DNA from: a virus | Length of the DNA stretch: 64,000 nucleotides | Virus record (IMG/VR): IMGVR_UViG_3300028844_005363 | Location: 10,758-74,757 of that record | Reading direction: 5' to 3' (one strand) | Part shown: positions 10,670 through 21,210 of the stretch, in pieces | How the letters are laid out: each line of letters begins with the position of its first letter | Numbering within the stretch: the first letter of the stretch is position 1 | Translations under genes and position numbers: made by a program | Notes under the pieces: model-generated | Database searches by the model: none | Told to the model about the DNA's origin: nothing | The model's input: only the letters and a program-made list of their open reading frames with translations

Positions 10670-12865
10670 TTATAAACTTAAACCAGAAGTATTAACACTA
10701 GGTAATTCTAATTGCCCTTCGTAAAAATTCGTTAGTGCATCTAAAGCGTACACACCGGGATTAGGTGAACCTACTGTTCTACCGAAAAAATTATCAGGTG
10801 TTTCATTTGCTAAGAAACCAGTGTTACGTACTATCCAAGCTGGGTCTACCCCGACATCTAATAAGCCGTCACTCGCTTCTTCTAAAGCATCCATTGCTTC
10901 ATTGTATTCTGTTAAAAACTCTGCGTATTCTTCTTCGAGGTCTTTAAACTCTTCCTCTGTAAACTCATTAATATTTTGAGCCACTAAGGTTACGATTTTA
11001 AGCATATCCTCTGCATTAGGTAAGTAAGCAAAAGTCTCACCAGTAAATCCGTAATAAGCTGAAACTGCTGCTGCTATTATAGCTAGTACAAGTGCTACTT
11101 CCCCACCAAATTGGTTAGCTAGGAATGTAGTTACTACACCCACTGCTTCAGAAACAGCAGCACCTATAATAATGGCTTCAAGAATATAGGCAACTACTTC
11201 ACTAATACCTTGTTGAACAGCAACACCTATTTGAGGTGACATATATATAACAGACACAACAAAAACAATAACTTTAACTGCTGCCCAAAAGTCTTCTCGC
11301 TCATACCATTTAAGTTTTATCTGCTTAGATGATTGAGTAACTAGAACCATACTTGATAGCATTGCTGCTGTAGCTTTAGATTTTGACATACTACTAACTA
11401 CTGTATGGTTCATAGGTATAACAATGCCTGATAAAACATCTTCACTATCTAAAGGGAAAGCATTTCTAAGTGTATATATCGGTGTCTGAGTACTATCCAG
11501 ATAATTAGTAACCAGCTTATTAGCTAAGTTACCTACTCGCATTCTTCTGCCTGTTCGTGCTACAGCATCATAGTAATCAACATAGATATAACTAACTTCC
11601 CCTGTTTGTTCTTCTATCTCCCAAGTATCGTTGTAGCCTTGGTCATAGTTAATATACTTACCGAACTTATAACCAGACTCGCCATTAATATAAGGTATTG
11701 TTTGGCTATCCATGTAGCCCCATGAAAGCTGTACTTTGAAACTAGAAGGTATCTGCTCATAGAACCATAAGTAAGAGGTGTCACCTCTGTATATGTTTCC
11801 AGACTCTTCCCATTCAAGTTTGGTTTTAGGACCATAGTTTTCAATTATGTATTCCATAAACTTATACAAGTATTCTAAGAGTATTTCATCTAGCTCAAGT
11901 ATATCGGAAATAACTAAAGCAGGTGCGATATACGCTCTGTTTACTTCAGCAATATCAGGGTTAGACTCAAGATTTTCTTTTATAGTATCTAAGTCCATAC
12001 CGTAATATTCTAGTAAACGTTCTGTCTGTTTAAGACGTTCAGCGTTTTCCTCAGCATCTTCAGTAGACTCTTCACCTATCCATTCTGGACTTGATTCAAG
12101 AGAACCTAATCTTATTAAAGCCAGTGGGTAGTACTGGCTTTGGATACCACCTAATATAATTTCTGTTAGGTCAGGGTAAGTCCATTTCTGTGGGTCATAA
12201 GTAAAATAGAAATCTGAGGTAGCACCATAACTAAAACGTATACGCACCACTTTATTTAGTGTGCTACCTGGGTCTCTGAAGTCACTCCAAGTCTTATAAA
12301 TTTTGCCTGTTTCTAAAGTAGCTGCTTTATTATCTGGGTCAAACATATCGTAAGTAACAACCAAATCATATTCAGGTGGTGCTTGTGGGTCATCATCTGG
12401 GTTACTTCTTTCGTACTCAACATCTGTTACTTCTGCCGCATAACCAGTAGGCATATTAAACATGTTAATATAATAGCCACTACGTTTATCTACTTTACCG
12501 TTAAAAACATTAGCTATATTAGCCAGTTCATATATTGCCGTAATAACTTTATCATACTCATTAGTTACGTAAGTAATATCAGAAGACGAAGTACTTAGTT
12601 CACCAGCTAGCCAAGATTTTACTGCATCCCAATCTATAAGCTCATCTTCATTATTTGCTTGCCATATGCCACGGTAGTAGTCATTCAATCCATAGCTATA
12701 TGCTTTACGGAAATCTACGTTGTAACCACTGACAAGCCCGTCAAGAATAGTAGGTACTTTTTCCCAATCATTTATGACAGCACGCAAAATAGATGACCTA
12801 ATTATATTAGGACGTTCTGTGAATATTGGTGTAGCTGATGCACCTACTACCGTATAAGTTGCCAT
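10670..12865 (-). CDS. N4 gp53-like virion-associated protein
   Basis: 731 aa, hydrophobic C-terminal segments after KWYE motif; synteny between gp52 and gp54. Confidence 0.7.
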   Translation of the reverse strand: MATYTVVGASATPIFTERPNIIRSSILRAVINDWEKVPTILDGLVSGYNVDFRKAYSYGLNDYYRGIWQANNEDELIDWDAVKSWLAGELSTSSSDITYVTNEYDKVITAIYELANIANVFNGKVDKRSGYYINMFNMPTGYAAEVTDVEYERSNPDDDPQAPPEYDLVVTYDMFDPDNKAATLETGKIYKTWSDFRDPGSTLNKVVRIRFSYGATSDFYFTYDPQKWTYPDLTEIILGGIQSQYYPLALIRLGSLESSPEWIGEESTEDAEENAERLKQTERLLEYYGMDLDTIKENLESNPDIAEVNRAYIAPALVISDILELDEILLEYLYKFMEYIIENYGPKTKLEWEESGNIYRGDTSYLWFYEQIPSSFKVQLSWGYMDSQTIPYINGESGYKFGKYINYDQGYNDTWEIEEQTGEVSYIYVDYYDAVARTGRRMRVGNLANKLVTNYLDSTQTPIYTLRNAFPLDSEDVLSGIVIPMNHTVVSSMSKSKATAAMLSSMVLVTQSSKQIKLKWYEREDFWAAVKVIVFVVSVIYMSPQIGVAVQQGISEVVAYILEAIIIGAAVSEAVGVVTTFLANQFGGEVALVLAIIAAAVSAYYGFTGETFAYLPNAEDMLKIVTLVAQNINEFTEEEFKDLEEEYAEFLTEYNEAMDALEEASDGLLDVGVDPAWIVRNTGFLANETPDNFFGRTVGSPNPGVYALDALTNFYEGQLELPSVNTSGLSL

Positions 12866-12882
12866 ATTTAAAAACCTTAATT

Positions 12883-12910
12883 AAAAGAAAAGGACTCAAA
12901 TGAGTCCTTT
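12883..12910 (-). terminator. Intrinsic terminator
   Basis: AAAGGACTCA-AA-TGAGTCCTTT hairpin with minus-strand U tract. Confidence 0.6.
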
Positions 12911-12938
12911 ATAATTTACACCAAAATGCTTCTGAATG

Positions 12939-14159
12939 TTACCTGCCTAAATCACTTAGCATTGTTTGTAACACTGAAATCATATTGTTAGGGTCAGACA
13001 CTGCATCAGGGTCATTTGACTTAGCTATAGCGTACACATCGTTAGCTGCTTTAACTCGCTTAACTTGTGCATCCCATTCAAAGCCTTCTGTCTGACGAGC
13101 ATACAGAGCTTTCTGTTTACCGATAACACCAGCAACAGTTACACCGCTTGCTGTATCTTTGATTTGTGCTTCTTCGGTTGCTTTCTTCTGGTCGAGTAAT
13201 GATTTCTCAGAATCGATTTTACTCTTCTGTGAAGTAAGCACAGTGTTCTGTGTAACTGCGTTGGTTTTGTTCTGACCTATTAATGCTGTTTCCGCATCTA
13301 TTTTAAGTTCTTCTGAAACCAAGTTTGTTTTCTGTTGTGTTGATAAAGTAGTGTCAGCAACAATCTTAGCAGCTTGGTTTGTAAGTACAGTACCTTGTTT
13401 TGGTATGTTCAAAGCTTCTGCTTGTAGATTGGTTCTTTGTTGCGTAAACATAGCCTTTTGTTCAGTAATGAGTGTTTGGTTTATTTCTTCACTCGTTACT
13501 TTCTCATCAGTCAAGTTACGTTCAGAAGCCAAGTTAAGTACTTGCTGTCCTTTAAGCTCTATACCTGCCGATACATCAAGCACCTGCTTATCAAGTAATA
13601 AACCTTGTTTAGGAATATTCAAACCATCAGCAATTAAGTTAGATTTCTGTGCTACAGATACTGCAATATCAGCAGTAAGTTTTTCTGCTTGCTTATCTAA
13701 CAACAAACCTTGTTTAGGTATGTTAAGTGTATCTGCTAATACTTGAGTATTTTGGCTTTCTTTAAGAACTGTACCAGCTTCAATATCTAATTGCTGTACG
13801 CCCTGTGTAACGACCTGTGCGTCAACTAATTTCTTATTACTACCTTCGGTAGCTGTCTTCGCTACAACAAGCTTAGTGCTCTCTACAGTGCCTAAACCTT
13901 CTAGTACTGCATTAGCTTCTTGTTGCTTAATTAGGTTAGCTTGTGCGCTTTGTAATTCACGCTGCAGCTCAAACTGAATAGATTGAGCCATGGCAGATTG
14001 CACAATACCTAAATAGACAGTGGAATAATCTTCACCATCTATACGACCGCTAGTGTACTCATTCTTTAAATGAGCAGCAGCTACACGCATCAACTTATCA
14101 AAACTACCGTTACCTGTTAAGGAACCTTCGGTGACTGTATCTATTGTTATATCTACCAT
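12939..14159 (-). CDS. N4 gp54-like structural protein with heptad repeats
   Basis: N-terminal GNGSFDKLM, C-terminal GVIGKQKALYARQ, internal LNIPKQG repeats. Confidence 0.8.
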   Translation of the reverse strand: MVDITIDTVTEGSLTGNGSFDKLMRVAAAHLKNEYTSGRIDGEDYSTVYLGIVQSAMAQSIQFELQRELQSAQANLIKQQEANAVLEGLGTVESTKLVVAKTATEGSNKKLVDAQVVTQGVQQLDIEAGTVLKESQNTQVLADTLNIPKQGLLLDKQAEKLTADIAVSVAQKSNLIADGLNIPKQGLLLDKQVLDVSAGIELKGQQVLNLASERNLTDEKVTSEEINQTLITEQKAMFTQQRTNLQAEALNIPKQGTVLTNQAAKIVADTTLSTQQKTNLVSEELKIDAETALIGQNKTNAVTQNTVLTSQKSKIDSEKSLLDQKKATEEAQIKDTASGVTVAGVIGKQKALYARQTEGFEWDAQVKRVKAANDVYAIAKSNDPDAVSDPNNMISVLQTMLSDLGR

Positions 14160-14172
14160 GACTATTTACCTA

Positions 14173-14754
14173 TTAATCGTTTGATGCGCCATCACGTAAA
14201 GCTTGTGCTTTAGCTAATTTTTCAAGTTCTTTAGGTGTAAGAGCTGGTAAGTAATCAATACCAAATTCTTGAACCAACTTAGCTTTACGCACTTTTTTAC
14301 CATTAACAGTAGTTGTATAAAATTGCTGGTATTTACGCTCTTCAATCATGTTAAGTAGAATTTTTTCTACATGCCATGGTTCATTAAATTGGATGAAACG
14401 TGAGTGTGTACCTACCACTGAATTAGACGCTTTAAAGAACTCACCTTCATGTTCATTCTTTTTAGGGTTAAGACACGTAATACGTACGCGATATAGTTTA
14501 GAAGCTGCTTTACGTAAGCGAGCATTGCGCTGGTGCTTAGTTTCAACAACATGCACATTTTTATCTGTACTAGTAACTTCGCTGTCTTCATCATCAGCAA
14601 CAGGATTCATGGCTTTACTTACGCGGTCACGTAAAGTAGTAAGACCAATGTTAGGACTGAATGGTAAACCTAGTGACGTAGCACGTCGCTTTAGTAGTAC
14701 CATTTCTTCTTGTTCTAATTCTTCAGGTGTTTTCTCTTTTTCAAGTAATGTCAT
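14173..14754 (-). CDS. N4 gp55-like protein
   Basis: LKRRATSLGLPFSPNIG and RVRITCLNPKK motifs; follows capsid gene. Confidence 0.8.
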   Translation of the reverse strand: MTLLEKEKTPEELEQEEMVLLKRRATSLGLPFSPNIGLTTLRDRVSKAMNPVADDEDSEVTSTDKNVHVVETKHQRNARLRKAASKLYRVRITCLNPKKNEHEGEFFKASNSVVGTHSRFIQFNEPWHVEKILLNMIEERKYQQFYTTTVNGKKVRKAKLVQEFGIDYLPALTPKELEKLAKAQALRDGASND

Positions 14755-14803
14755 TGCCTAGCTCTCTTTTTTGGATTGGGGTGATACCCAGAAGTTTACA
14801 CCT

Positions 14804-14826
14804 AAAAAGCCCCAATTAAGGGGCTT
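14804..14826 (-). terminator. Intrinsic terminator after major capsid gene
   Basis: AAGCCCC-AATTAA-GGGGCTT hairpin with U tract. Confidence 0.75.
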
Positions 14827-14847
14827 AGTAGAGGTTACGTTACTGGA

Positions 14848-16278
14848 TTACCAGCTAGCAACACATTTCAGTAATGCGATACGTTCAGGACGTAAAATCA
14901 TCATACCGTAGTACCACTTGATTGACATAAAGCCAAGCTCGCCGTACGGGTCATGTGCACCGTAAGATGCTTCTGATTCAGGAGCAACATGCTTGATTTT
15001 AAACTTAACTGTTTTACCAGCAGTTTGGAAACCAATAGTTACGAAAGATTCAGAACCTACAACAAGTGCAGGGAATACATCGTAGTTACCACCAGTTTCA
15101 CGGAAACCAGCATTATCAGTAACAGGTGCACCTTCGCCAGCCCAATGAGCCATCTCAGGAACAACGATGATACGGAACTCATCAACAGAACCGATTTCAC
15201 CTTCTGCAATTGAACCAGCACCAGCAGCATATTTTTCTACTGAGATGAAAGCTTGGTTGCCGAATGTATCAGCCATACGCTTAAACATTGGTTTAAGTTC
15301 TGAACCGATGTATAGGTAACGAGCGCCATTAATAACGCGAGTATCAACCATACGAGTACCAGTAATAAGCTTAGTATTCTTAGGACAACGGTTGTTGTCT
15401 AAGTCGATACCAAGACGCATAAGGTCTTCATAAGTGATCTCAGAAGCTAAACCACCAACTTCACCAGTTACTTCGTTAGTTGCCATTGCTTCACCACCGA
15501 AACGCACAACGCCAGCACCATTGATCAAATCAATTTGGATAGCATCTTCGGTAATTTCTAAAGCACCGTTAAGCATTTCACGGTTAATGTGCATTTGCTT
15601 TTCAGAATCAGAATCGAAATCCATAGACTCTTTAGTGTATTCGTCAAAGAAACCCATTTTTTCAATAGAGCCTTTGATTTGCACACGCTTGAAGCCAACG
15701 CGGTTAACACGACCACCGTTTTCAGATAACAATGGCATCTTAGAAACCATCTTACCCATATCTTTACTTGAACCATAAAGATTACCAGATGCAGCAACTG
15801 CGCCTAGTGTATCAACAATAGTCCAACCAGCAGTTACAGCAGCAGCTTTAGACGTATTGTAGTCGGTGTCAAAAATACCGTACTCTTTGAAGTAATCAAG
15901 CGCACGTGTTTTAGCAGCAGCCAATGCATTAGCAGCAGAGCTACCTTCACCTACAGCATACAAAGTAACGTAACCATTACCAGTAGAAGTATTTTCAGGT
16001 GGTAGTAATTCAATAGTAACTTCTTGAGTTACTGTCGCGCCATTTGCATCAATACCCTGGTCATTGATATTCGCGTCATCAAGTAAAGGTAAGTAAACGT
16101 AACGCTTAATTTCTTTACCCATGTGCTTAGGCATACCAAAAGTATCTGATAGCTGTGTGAACACTTGCTTTTTACGAGTTTCTGTTAACGCTTTACGTTG
16201 GTACAGAAACGTATTCATTTGTTCGCCGCCGATCGTAGAGTCTACGCCACCCGCCGGATTATTATATTGCATAGTCAT
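14848..16278 (-). CDS. Major capsid protein (N4 gp56-like) with inserted domain
   Basis: PLLDDANINDQGID, GNLYGSSKD, ENGGRVNRVGF and DPYGELGFMSIKWYYG motifs. Confidence 0.95.
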   Translation of the reverse strand: MTMQYNNPAGGVDSTIGGEQMNTFLYQRKALTETRKKQVFTQLSDTFGMPKHMGKEIKRYVYLPLLDDANINDQGIDANGATVTQEVTIELLPPENTSTGNGYVTLYAVGEGSSAANALAAAKTRALDYFKEYGIFDTDYNTSKAAAVTAGWTIVDTLGAVAASGNLYGSSKDMGKMVSKMPLLSENGGRVNRVGFKRVQIKGSIEKMGFFDEYTKESMDFDSDSEKQMHINREMLNGALEITEDAIQIDLINGAGVVRFGGEAMATNEVTGEVGGLASEITYEDLMRLGIDLDNNRCPKNTKLITGTRMVDTRVINGARYLYIGSELKPMFKRMADTFGNQAFISVEKYAAGAGSIAEGEIGSVDEFRIIVVPEMAHWAGEGAPVTDNAGFRETGGNYDVFPALVVGSESFVTIGFQTAGKTVKFKIKHVAPESEASYGAHDPYGELGFMSIKWYYGMMILRPERIALLKCVASW

Positions 16279-16298
16279 AAGAGTACTTCCTAATTAAG

Positions 16299-17369
16299 TT
16301 ATCTAAACTTTTTATCAAATTGTTTATCAAATTCTTCATCAGACAAGTTGCTTAAAGCATCTAGTTCTAAGAGGTCATTTGATGTGTGTGTAGTGGTTCT
16401 CTTTTTAGGGATAGCTACACGTTTTTTATTTACAGGCTTAGACTTAGATTGAGTACTCTCAGATTTAGGAGCGGCTTGCTGTTGACCAGCATTGGCACGT
16501 TCTAATAATTCTGCACCGACTTTCTTGTATGCCTCAAAATCACTTAAACCAACTAAACCATTAAAGGTACGTTGGCGGTCTACTTCACCAGAGATTAAAT
16601 CAAATACGCCGTTACCCATTTGCTCATTCAAGTGAATGAGTTCTTGTGGGGCAGCTACAATTGATGCACTTGATGCTTTGTCCCATGATTTAGTTACTGT
16701 ATCAATAGTTTTGGTGAATGAGTCAGTGCCTTCAATTTCACGGATGACATCATCTAAAACCATCTCACTATCACTAGGTGCATAAGACTTTGGTTTGTAT
16801 TCTGCGCTATCTTCAGTGTTTACGTCAAGTGGGTCTATACCACTATCTGCAATCATTTTATTAATAGCTTGTGGATTTTTGTTGTGTAAGTCGATTAAGT
16901 AACTAAGCTTCTCTTCATCCATTAAGCCATGCTTCTCAAGCATATGACCTACACGGGTAAGAGGTTTAATAGCAGCCATCTTCTTACTGTAGTTAGCACC
17001 CATCTTCATTAGGGTACGAGCTTCTTCAATAGAAGTAACTGCCATTTCACGCTTGTTAGCTTTGAATGGTTTATATAGCTCTGCTAGTGGATCTTCGGCT
17101 TCCGATTCTTCCGCAGGATTTTCTGCAGTTTCTTCTTCTTCTTCCGTAGCATCATCTTCTTCCGCATCATCAGTTTCATCGGTTTCTTCTTGTTCATCAA
17201 GTTCATCCGTTTCGACTTCATCCGATTCAGGTGCTAAAGCACCTTCCTCGTCTTCGTCTTCAACTGATTCCGCAGCTTCGCTTGAAACATCATAGTCTGG
17301 TAGTTCCATATTCATGAAATCTTCATCAGACATATTTTCAATATCATCGAAACTTGGATCACTCATCAC
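16299..17369 (-). CDS. N4 gp57-like acidic protein (scaffold/'tape measure' annotation)
   Basis: Very acidic N-terminus, PFKAN and LMKMGANYSKKM motifs. Confidence 0.8.
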   Translation of the reverse strand: MMSDPSFDDIENMSDEDFMNMELPDYDVSSEAAESVEDEDEEGALAPESDEVETDELDEQEETDETDDAEEDDATEEEEETAENPAEESEAEDPLAELYKPFKANKREMAVTSIEEARTLMKMGANYSKKMAAIKPLTRVGHMLEKHGLMDEEKLSYLIDLHNKNPQAINKMIADSGIDPLDVNTEDSAEYKPKSYAPSDSEMVLDDVIREIEGTDSFTKTIDTVTKSWDKASSASIVAAPQELIHLNEQMGNGVFDLISGEVDRQRTFNGLVGLSDFEAYKKVGAELLERANAGQQQAAPKSESTQSKSKPVNKKRVAIPKKRTTTHTSNDLLELDALSNLSDEEFDKQFDKKFR

Positions 17370-17382
17370 ATAGCTCCTTTAA

Positions 17383-17712
17383 TTATTCTTCGTCTGAGTC
17401 AGCAGGACCATCAGAAACATCTTCATTGTGGTCTTCAATAGCTTTTTCAGCTAGGTTTGCTTCGTGTTCGATTACTTGTAAGTAACCTTTGAATGAGCTA
17501 ATAGAATCAATGTCACGGATTACAGCAGCTTGAGCTTCAGGTGAATCCATAGAAGGAGTGCCTTTAGCCATAACAAGACGAACACATTCATCTTTAAAAT
17601 AACCATCAAGAACCACTGCTTTGAAATCTGGGTTTTGTAGTAAGCGACCTAGTGCTTGTTTTTTGCTGATCAGTTTATTCGCGGCTTCTAACGTAAGATG
17701 TGCATTTGACAT
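17383..17712 (-). CDS. N4 gp58-like protein
   Basis: LLQNPDFKAVVLDGYF motif; between portal and gp57. Confidence 0.75.
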   Translation of the reverse strand: MSNAHLTLEAANKLISKKQALGRLLQNPDFKAVVLDGYFKDECVRLVMAKGTPSMDSPEAQAAVIRDIDSISSFKGYLQVIEHEANLAEKAIEDHNEDVSDGPADSDEE

Positions 17713-17817
17713 TTGTATTACCTTTTTTTGTGTCCTCACCTCATTGGCGAGATTGCTTATTAAACATGAAAGTAAGCCATAGATGTACTATGGCTTTAGG
17801 GTTTTCATATCAGGAAC

Positions 17818-19968
17818 TTAGTTATTCTGGGACTTATCTCCCGAATTTTCAAGTTGTTTCTTTATAATCTCAAGTTCCATGTTTCCTTGGGCTTGGGCTT
17901 TTTGTTTCTGCAAGTCACGCTCTTGAGTTGTACCAGACTCTTTCTCTACGAAATCCAGAGAGTTTATATCAGCTTCCGAATCCAACTTACGAGCCTTACT
18001 AGCTTCGGTTACTGCTTTAGCTCTATCCAGTACAGCCTTAGCTTGTTCTGACATAGGTTCGATAGTTTTCTTCTGTAACTCAGCTTCAAGAACAGCAATA
18101 CGTAATTCTTGTTCACGTTGTGCTAATGGGTCAGGAGTCGGTTTGAACTCTTCTAACTCTTTAGCCAATGCAGGCATTTTACGTAGACGAGCAATGTTAG
18201 CTAAAATCTTCTGCGACAGTTCAGGCATCATATTGTTACCCATAGTCTGTAGCATGAAAGCCAACTCTTGCGCTTTAGCGTTATCAACTTCAGCAGAACT
18301 AATATCAACTACTAGGTCAAAATTACCTGCTAAGTCATCTCGTCTAATGTCAGCAAATACATCGTCAGTAACACGCACGTATTCTTGCTCAGAAAGATAA
18401 ACACCATTCATTGCAATTATTCTACGAGCCACACGTTTAAGACCGTCTGACATTCTTCGTAGGATACCAAGCTCACGTTTACTTGCAGCATCTAAAGCGC
18501 CACGGATACCAGTAGCTACATCACCTAAACCATCACCACTAATGCCACCGGCAAATGCACGAACACCTGTTAGTGATTCAGCTTCTTGGTTTTGCATCTG
18601 TAACATCAAGGGTGCTGATTGTGGAATTTCTTCCATCTTATTCATGTAGAATAATTTGCTAGGATCAGTTTGCCCTTGGAACTCAAAATCATCACCGTCT
18701 TTAAACTTACGGCGGTTAGTAATATTAAGAGCATCGTTACGTACGCCACGTTGACCATTTGCAGAACGAGCCACAATATCAATCATAGCGCGAGTTAGTG
18801 CACCTGCAATTTTTTGGTTGTCTTCTAAAAGTACACCATCTGGCTCACCATAAATTGCTTTACGTACTGGCAAATATTGAACTATTTCAAAAGGTGGTTT
18901 TCTATCAGGGAATGGATTTTCTTCCATACGTATAAGTATATTACCAACCCATGCAGCAACAATTGGTACAGTAGTACCATCATCGTGAATATCCCAATCA
19001 CCCCAATATTCTGTAACTACTAATTCTTTACGTGCTTTGTCGCTAAATTCAAAACTCTTTTCATCAGCATCTTCGTAATCAGGGTGAGCCAAAGCTTCAT
19101 TGCTGCCTGGTCTAATTTTATCTAAATCAAAGTAAATACCTTGTGCTTTTAAACCAGATAAAGAACTTGTGAAGTTATACCCAACAAATCTAGCATCTTC
19201 TATTTTACCTTCACAAGATGGATCAACTACCACATTTTTATAGTGACAAATTTCTAAAGTAGGTTGGTTTTTAACAGTACGTTCTTCGCTAACTTCTTCC
19301 TCATCTTCTAGTATAGCAACGTGAGGAATACCAGTAGCTTGCGTGTATTGTAGTGCTATTTTGTTATGCTCAGGCACCGAGTCAAAGTCATACTCTTCTG
19401 ACTGAGAAAGCTCTATAAGCTTCTGTAAGCGCTTCGCTACTGTAGGGTCATTAGTTGGTGCATAAGAATAGTTTTGTACTGTACGAGTAACTACAGCAAT
19501 CTCTTCTTCCCAACCAATACGTACAATAATAGTACCTTCATCTACAGCAGTACGTACATACTCATCAATGAAAGCCACCTTCTCAATTTGTGTATTAAAC
19601 TGATTGTTTATAATAAGGTTATTTTGGCGTGCTGCTAGCTTATCTGCATGCGTTGTAGGACGTATACTGAACATATTCTCAGTACTTAGAAAAGCTTCTG
19701 ACAATGCGGCGTACCGCCATTCTGCCTGTTTACGTATAAGCTTAGTCTGCACAGATGAACGATTAGGACGTTTTTTAACTGCCGCTGAACCACGTACATG
19801 CAAGTTATCTAGGTATCGGTCTATCTTCGCTACTTGAGTACTATGATCTGATTTGGCACTTGTTAAGTCTTTTTCCAAATCAGATATTGAAGGTACACTA
19901 GTCCATTCAGGTAAATTACTAGGTGCACTAGTATCTTCCTCGTTGTAGTCATCTTCTGCTTCTAACAT
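17818..19968 (-). CDS. Portal protein (N4 gp59-like)
   Basis: 716 aa; KLIRKQAEWRY, EYWGDWDI, ENPFPD, ARSANGQ motifs. Confidence 0.93.
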   Translation of the reverse strand: MLEAEDDYNEEDTSAPSNLPEWTSVPSISDLEKDLTSAKSDHSTQVAKIDRYLDNLHVRGSAAVKKRPNRSSVQTKLIRKQAEWRYAALSEAFLSTENMFSIRPTTHADKLAARQNNLIINNQFNTQIEKVAFIDEYVRTAVDEGTIIVRIGWEEEIAVVTRTVQNYSYAPTNDPTVAKRLQKLIELSQSEEYDFDSVPEHNKIALQYTQATGIPHVAILEDEEEVSEERTVKNQPTLEICHYKNVVVDPSCEGKIEDARFVGYNFTSSLSGLKAQGIYFDLDKIRPGSNEALAHPDYEDADEKSFEFSDKARKELVVTEYWGDWDIHDDGTTVPIVAAWVGNILIRMEENPFPDRKPPFEIVQYLPVRKAIYGEPDGVLLEDNQKIAGALTRAMIDIVARSANGQRGVRNDALNITNRRKFKDGDDFEFQGQTDPSKLFYMNKMEEIPQSAPLMLQMQNQEAESLTGVRAFAGGISGDGLGDVATGIRGALDAASKRELGILRRMSDGLKRVARRIIAMNGVYLSEQEYVRVTDDVFADIRRDDLAGNFDLVVDISSAEVDNAKAQELAFMLQTMGNNMMPELSQKILANIARLRKMPALAKELEEFKPTPDPLAQREQELRIAVLEAELQKKTIEPMSEQAKAVLDRAKAVTEASKARKLDSEADINSLDFVEKESGTTQERDLQKQKAQAQGNMELEIIKKQLENSGDKSQNN

Positions 19969-20003
19969 TTATATGCCTTAAAAGTGTTTATATTTGTTTG
20001 TAT

Positions 20004-20018
20004 AGTAGCTGCGCTACT
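20004..20018 (+). promoter_or_regulatory. Triloop hairpin promoter candidate (class B)
   Basis: AGTAGC-TGC-GCTACT, template strand C-GCA-G, upstream of the plus-strand island. Confidence 0.5.
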
Positions 20019-20057
20019 GCTCCCGAATCAATCAATAAATCCGTAGAGAAATATATA

Positions 20058-20642
20058 ATGAATAATGAACCGGTAGATTATAACAAAGGTTGTGACAATA
20101 CACAGTCTCCTTATTATGTAGGTGAACCAGAACAATGTGATTTATGTTCTAGTATGGTTCCAGAAGGTTGTACTACGCAAGTATCAACTACTCAGCATGC
20201 TTGTGTAAGTTGCCTTAATGTCATTAACCAGTTTAAACCAGATTACCCAACAGTGTTTTCCGACCAGGCAGAGTTTCTTACTGCCGGGGATGTACCATTC
20301 CCTCTTACTGACCAAGATGAAATGACTCCAATGCAGTCGGCTGAACTTCTTGTAGATGAGTATGAAGAGTGGGGTGAGGAATCACACTACTTAAGAACTG
20401 GTAACTTGAATGACTTAAAGGAGTGTATTGATATTATTTACACTGCTGCTCAATACTTGAATCAGTCCGTTGGTGTTACTGCTGCGGGTAAACTGTGGGA
20501 TATTGTACACAAGCATAATATGAGTAAGTGTATTGACGGTAAACTACGTAAGTTACCTAACGGTAAAATTGATAAACCAGAAGGCTTTGATAAGATGTCA
20601 TTCATTCCAAAATTTGAAGAGGTTCTTTCAGATGAGTTCTAG
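20058..20642 (+). CDS. MazG/DR2231-like all-alpha NTP pyrophosphatase with N-terminal CxxC-CxxC zinc finger
   Basis: DEYEE, KECIDIIY, VHKHNMSK, NGKIDKPEGF motifs; CDLC...CVSC. Confidence 0.8.
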   Translation: MNNEPVDYNKGCDNTQSPYYVGEPEQCDLCSSMVPEGCTTQVSTTQHACVSCLNVINQFKPDYPTVFSDQAEFLTAGDVPFPLTDQDEMTPMQSAELLVDEYEEWGEESHYLRTGNLNDLKECIDIIYTAAQYLNQSVGVTAAGKLWDIVHKHNMSKCIDGKLRKLPNGKIDKPEGFDKMSFIPKFEEVLSDEF

Positions 20643-21210
20643 TAGCGTCTTGGATATAATTTCAAATATCACTGACCCTAAGCAATGCACTGCTGAAAAA
20701 ATTAGTGGTATGTGCGATATGTCCGTACATCAACTCAGACGCAAGTACGCTACCGATATTAAGTTACATAAACAATCGCTTAACAATAAACCGCCTACTG
20801 TGGCAGTTACCCCTACCGCACCTAATGAATCTAACCAAGAGCTGTTAAAAATTTTAGTTACCTTGTCGGCAAAAGTAGACAAACTTACTAAAGAAGTAAT
20901 TAAGCTGCGAGATAAGCGCAGTAAAGACGAGACTAGTGAAGGTTGGTACTCTACTGGCTATGATATGAATGGTACGATGGCTGGTGATAGAGAAGCCTAC
21001 GTTGAACTACTTTTTGCTAGTGGCGCTAAGCGCAAAATGACATGGGGTGATTACATAGATTCAGGTAGAAGGTTTATAGCTTTTGTTAATACCAATTACG
21101 AAGATGCAGGTGATTGCTCAAGTGATGTTTATATGTCTATACGTCCTTGTGAGACACCTCCGCATACCGCAAGTATCCGTAAAATAATGAAACATTTAGG
21201 AATTAAGTAA
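20632..21210 (+). CDS. Hypothetical protein (possible N-terminal HTH plus coiled coil)
   Basis: ORF coupled to both neighbours. Confidence 0.6.
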   Translation: MSSSSVLDIISNITDPKQCTAEKISGMCDMSVHQLRRKYATDIKLHKQSLNNKPPTVAVTPTAPNESNQELLKILVTLSAKVDKLTKEVIKLRDKRSKDETSEGWYSTGYDMNGTMAGDREAYVELLFASGAKRKMTWGDYIDSGRRFIAFVNTNYEDAGDCSSDVYMSIRPCETPPHTASIRKIMKHLGIK

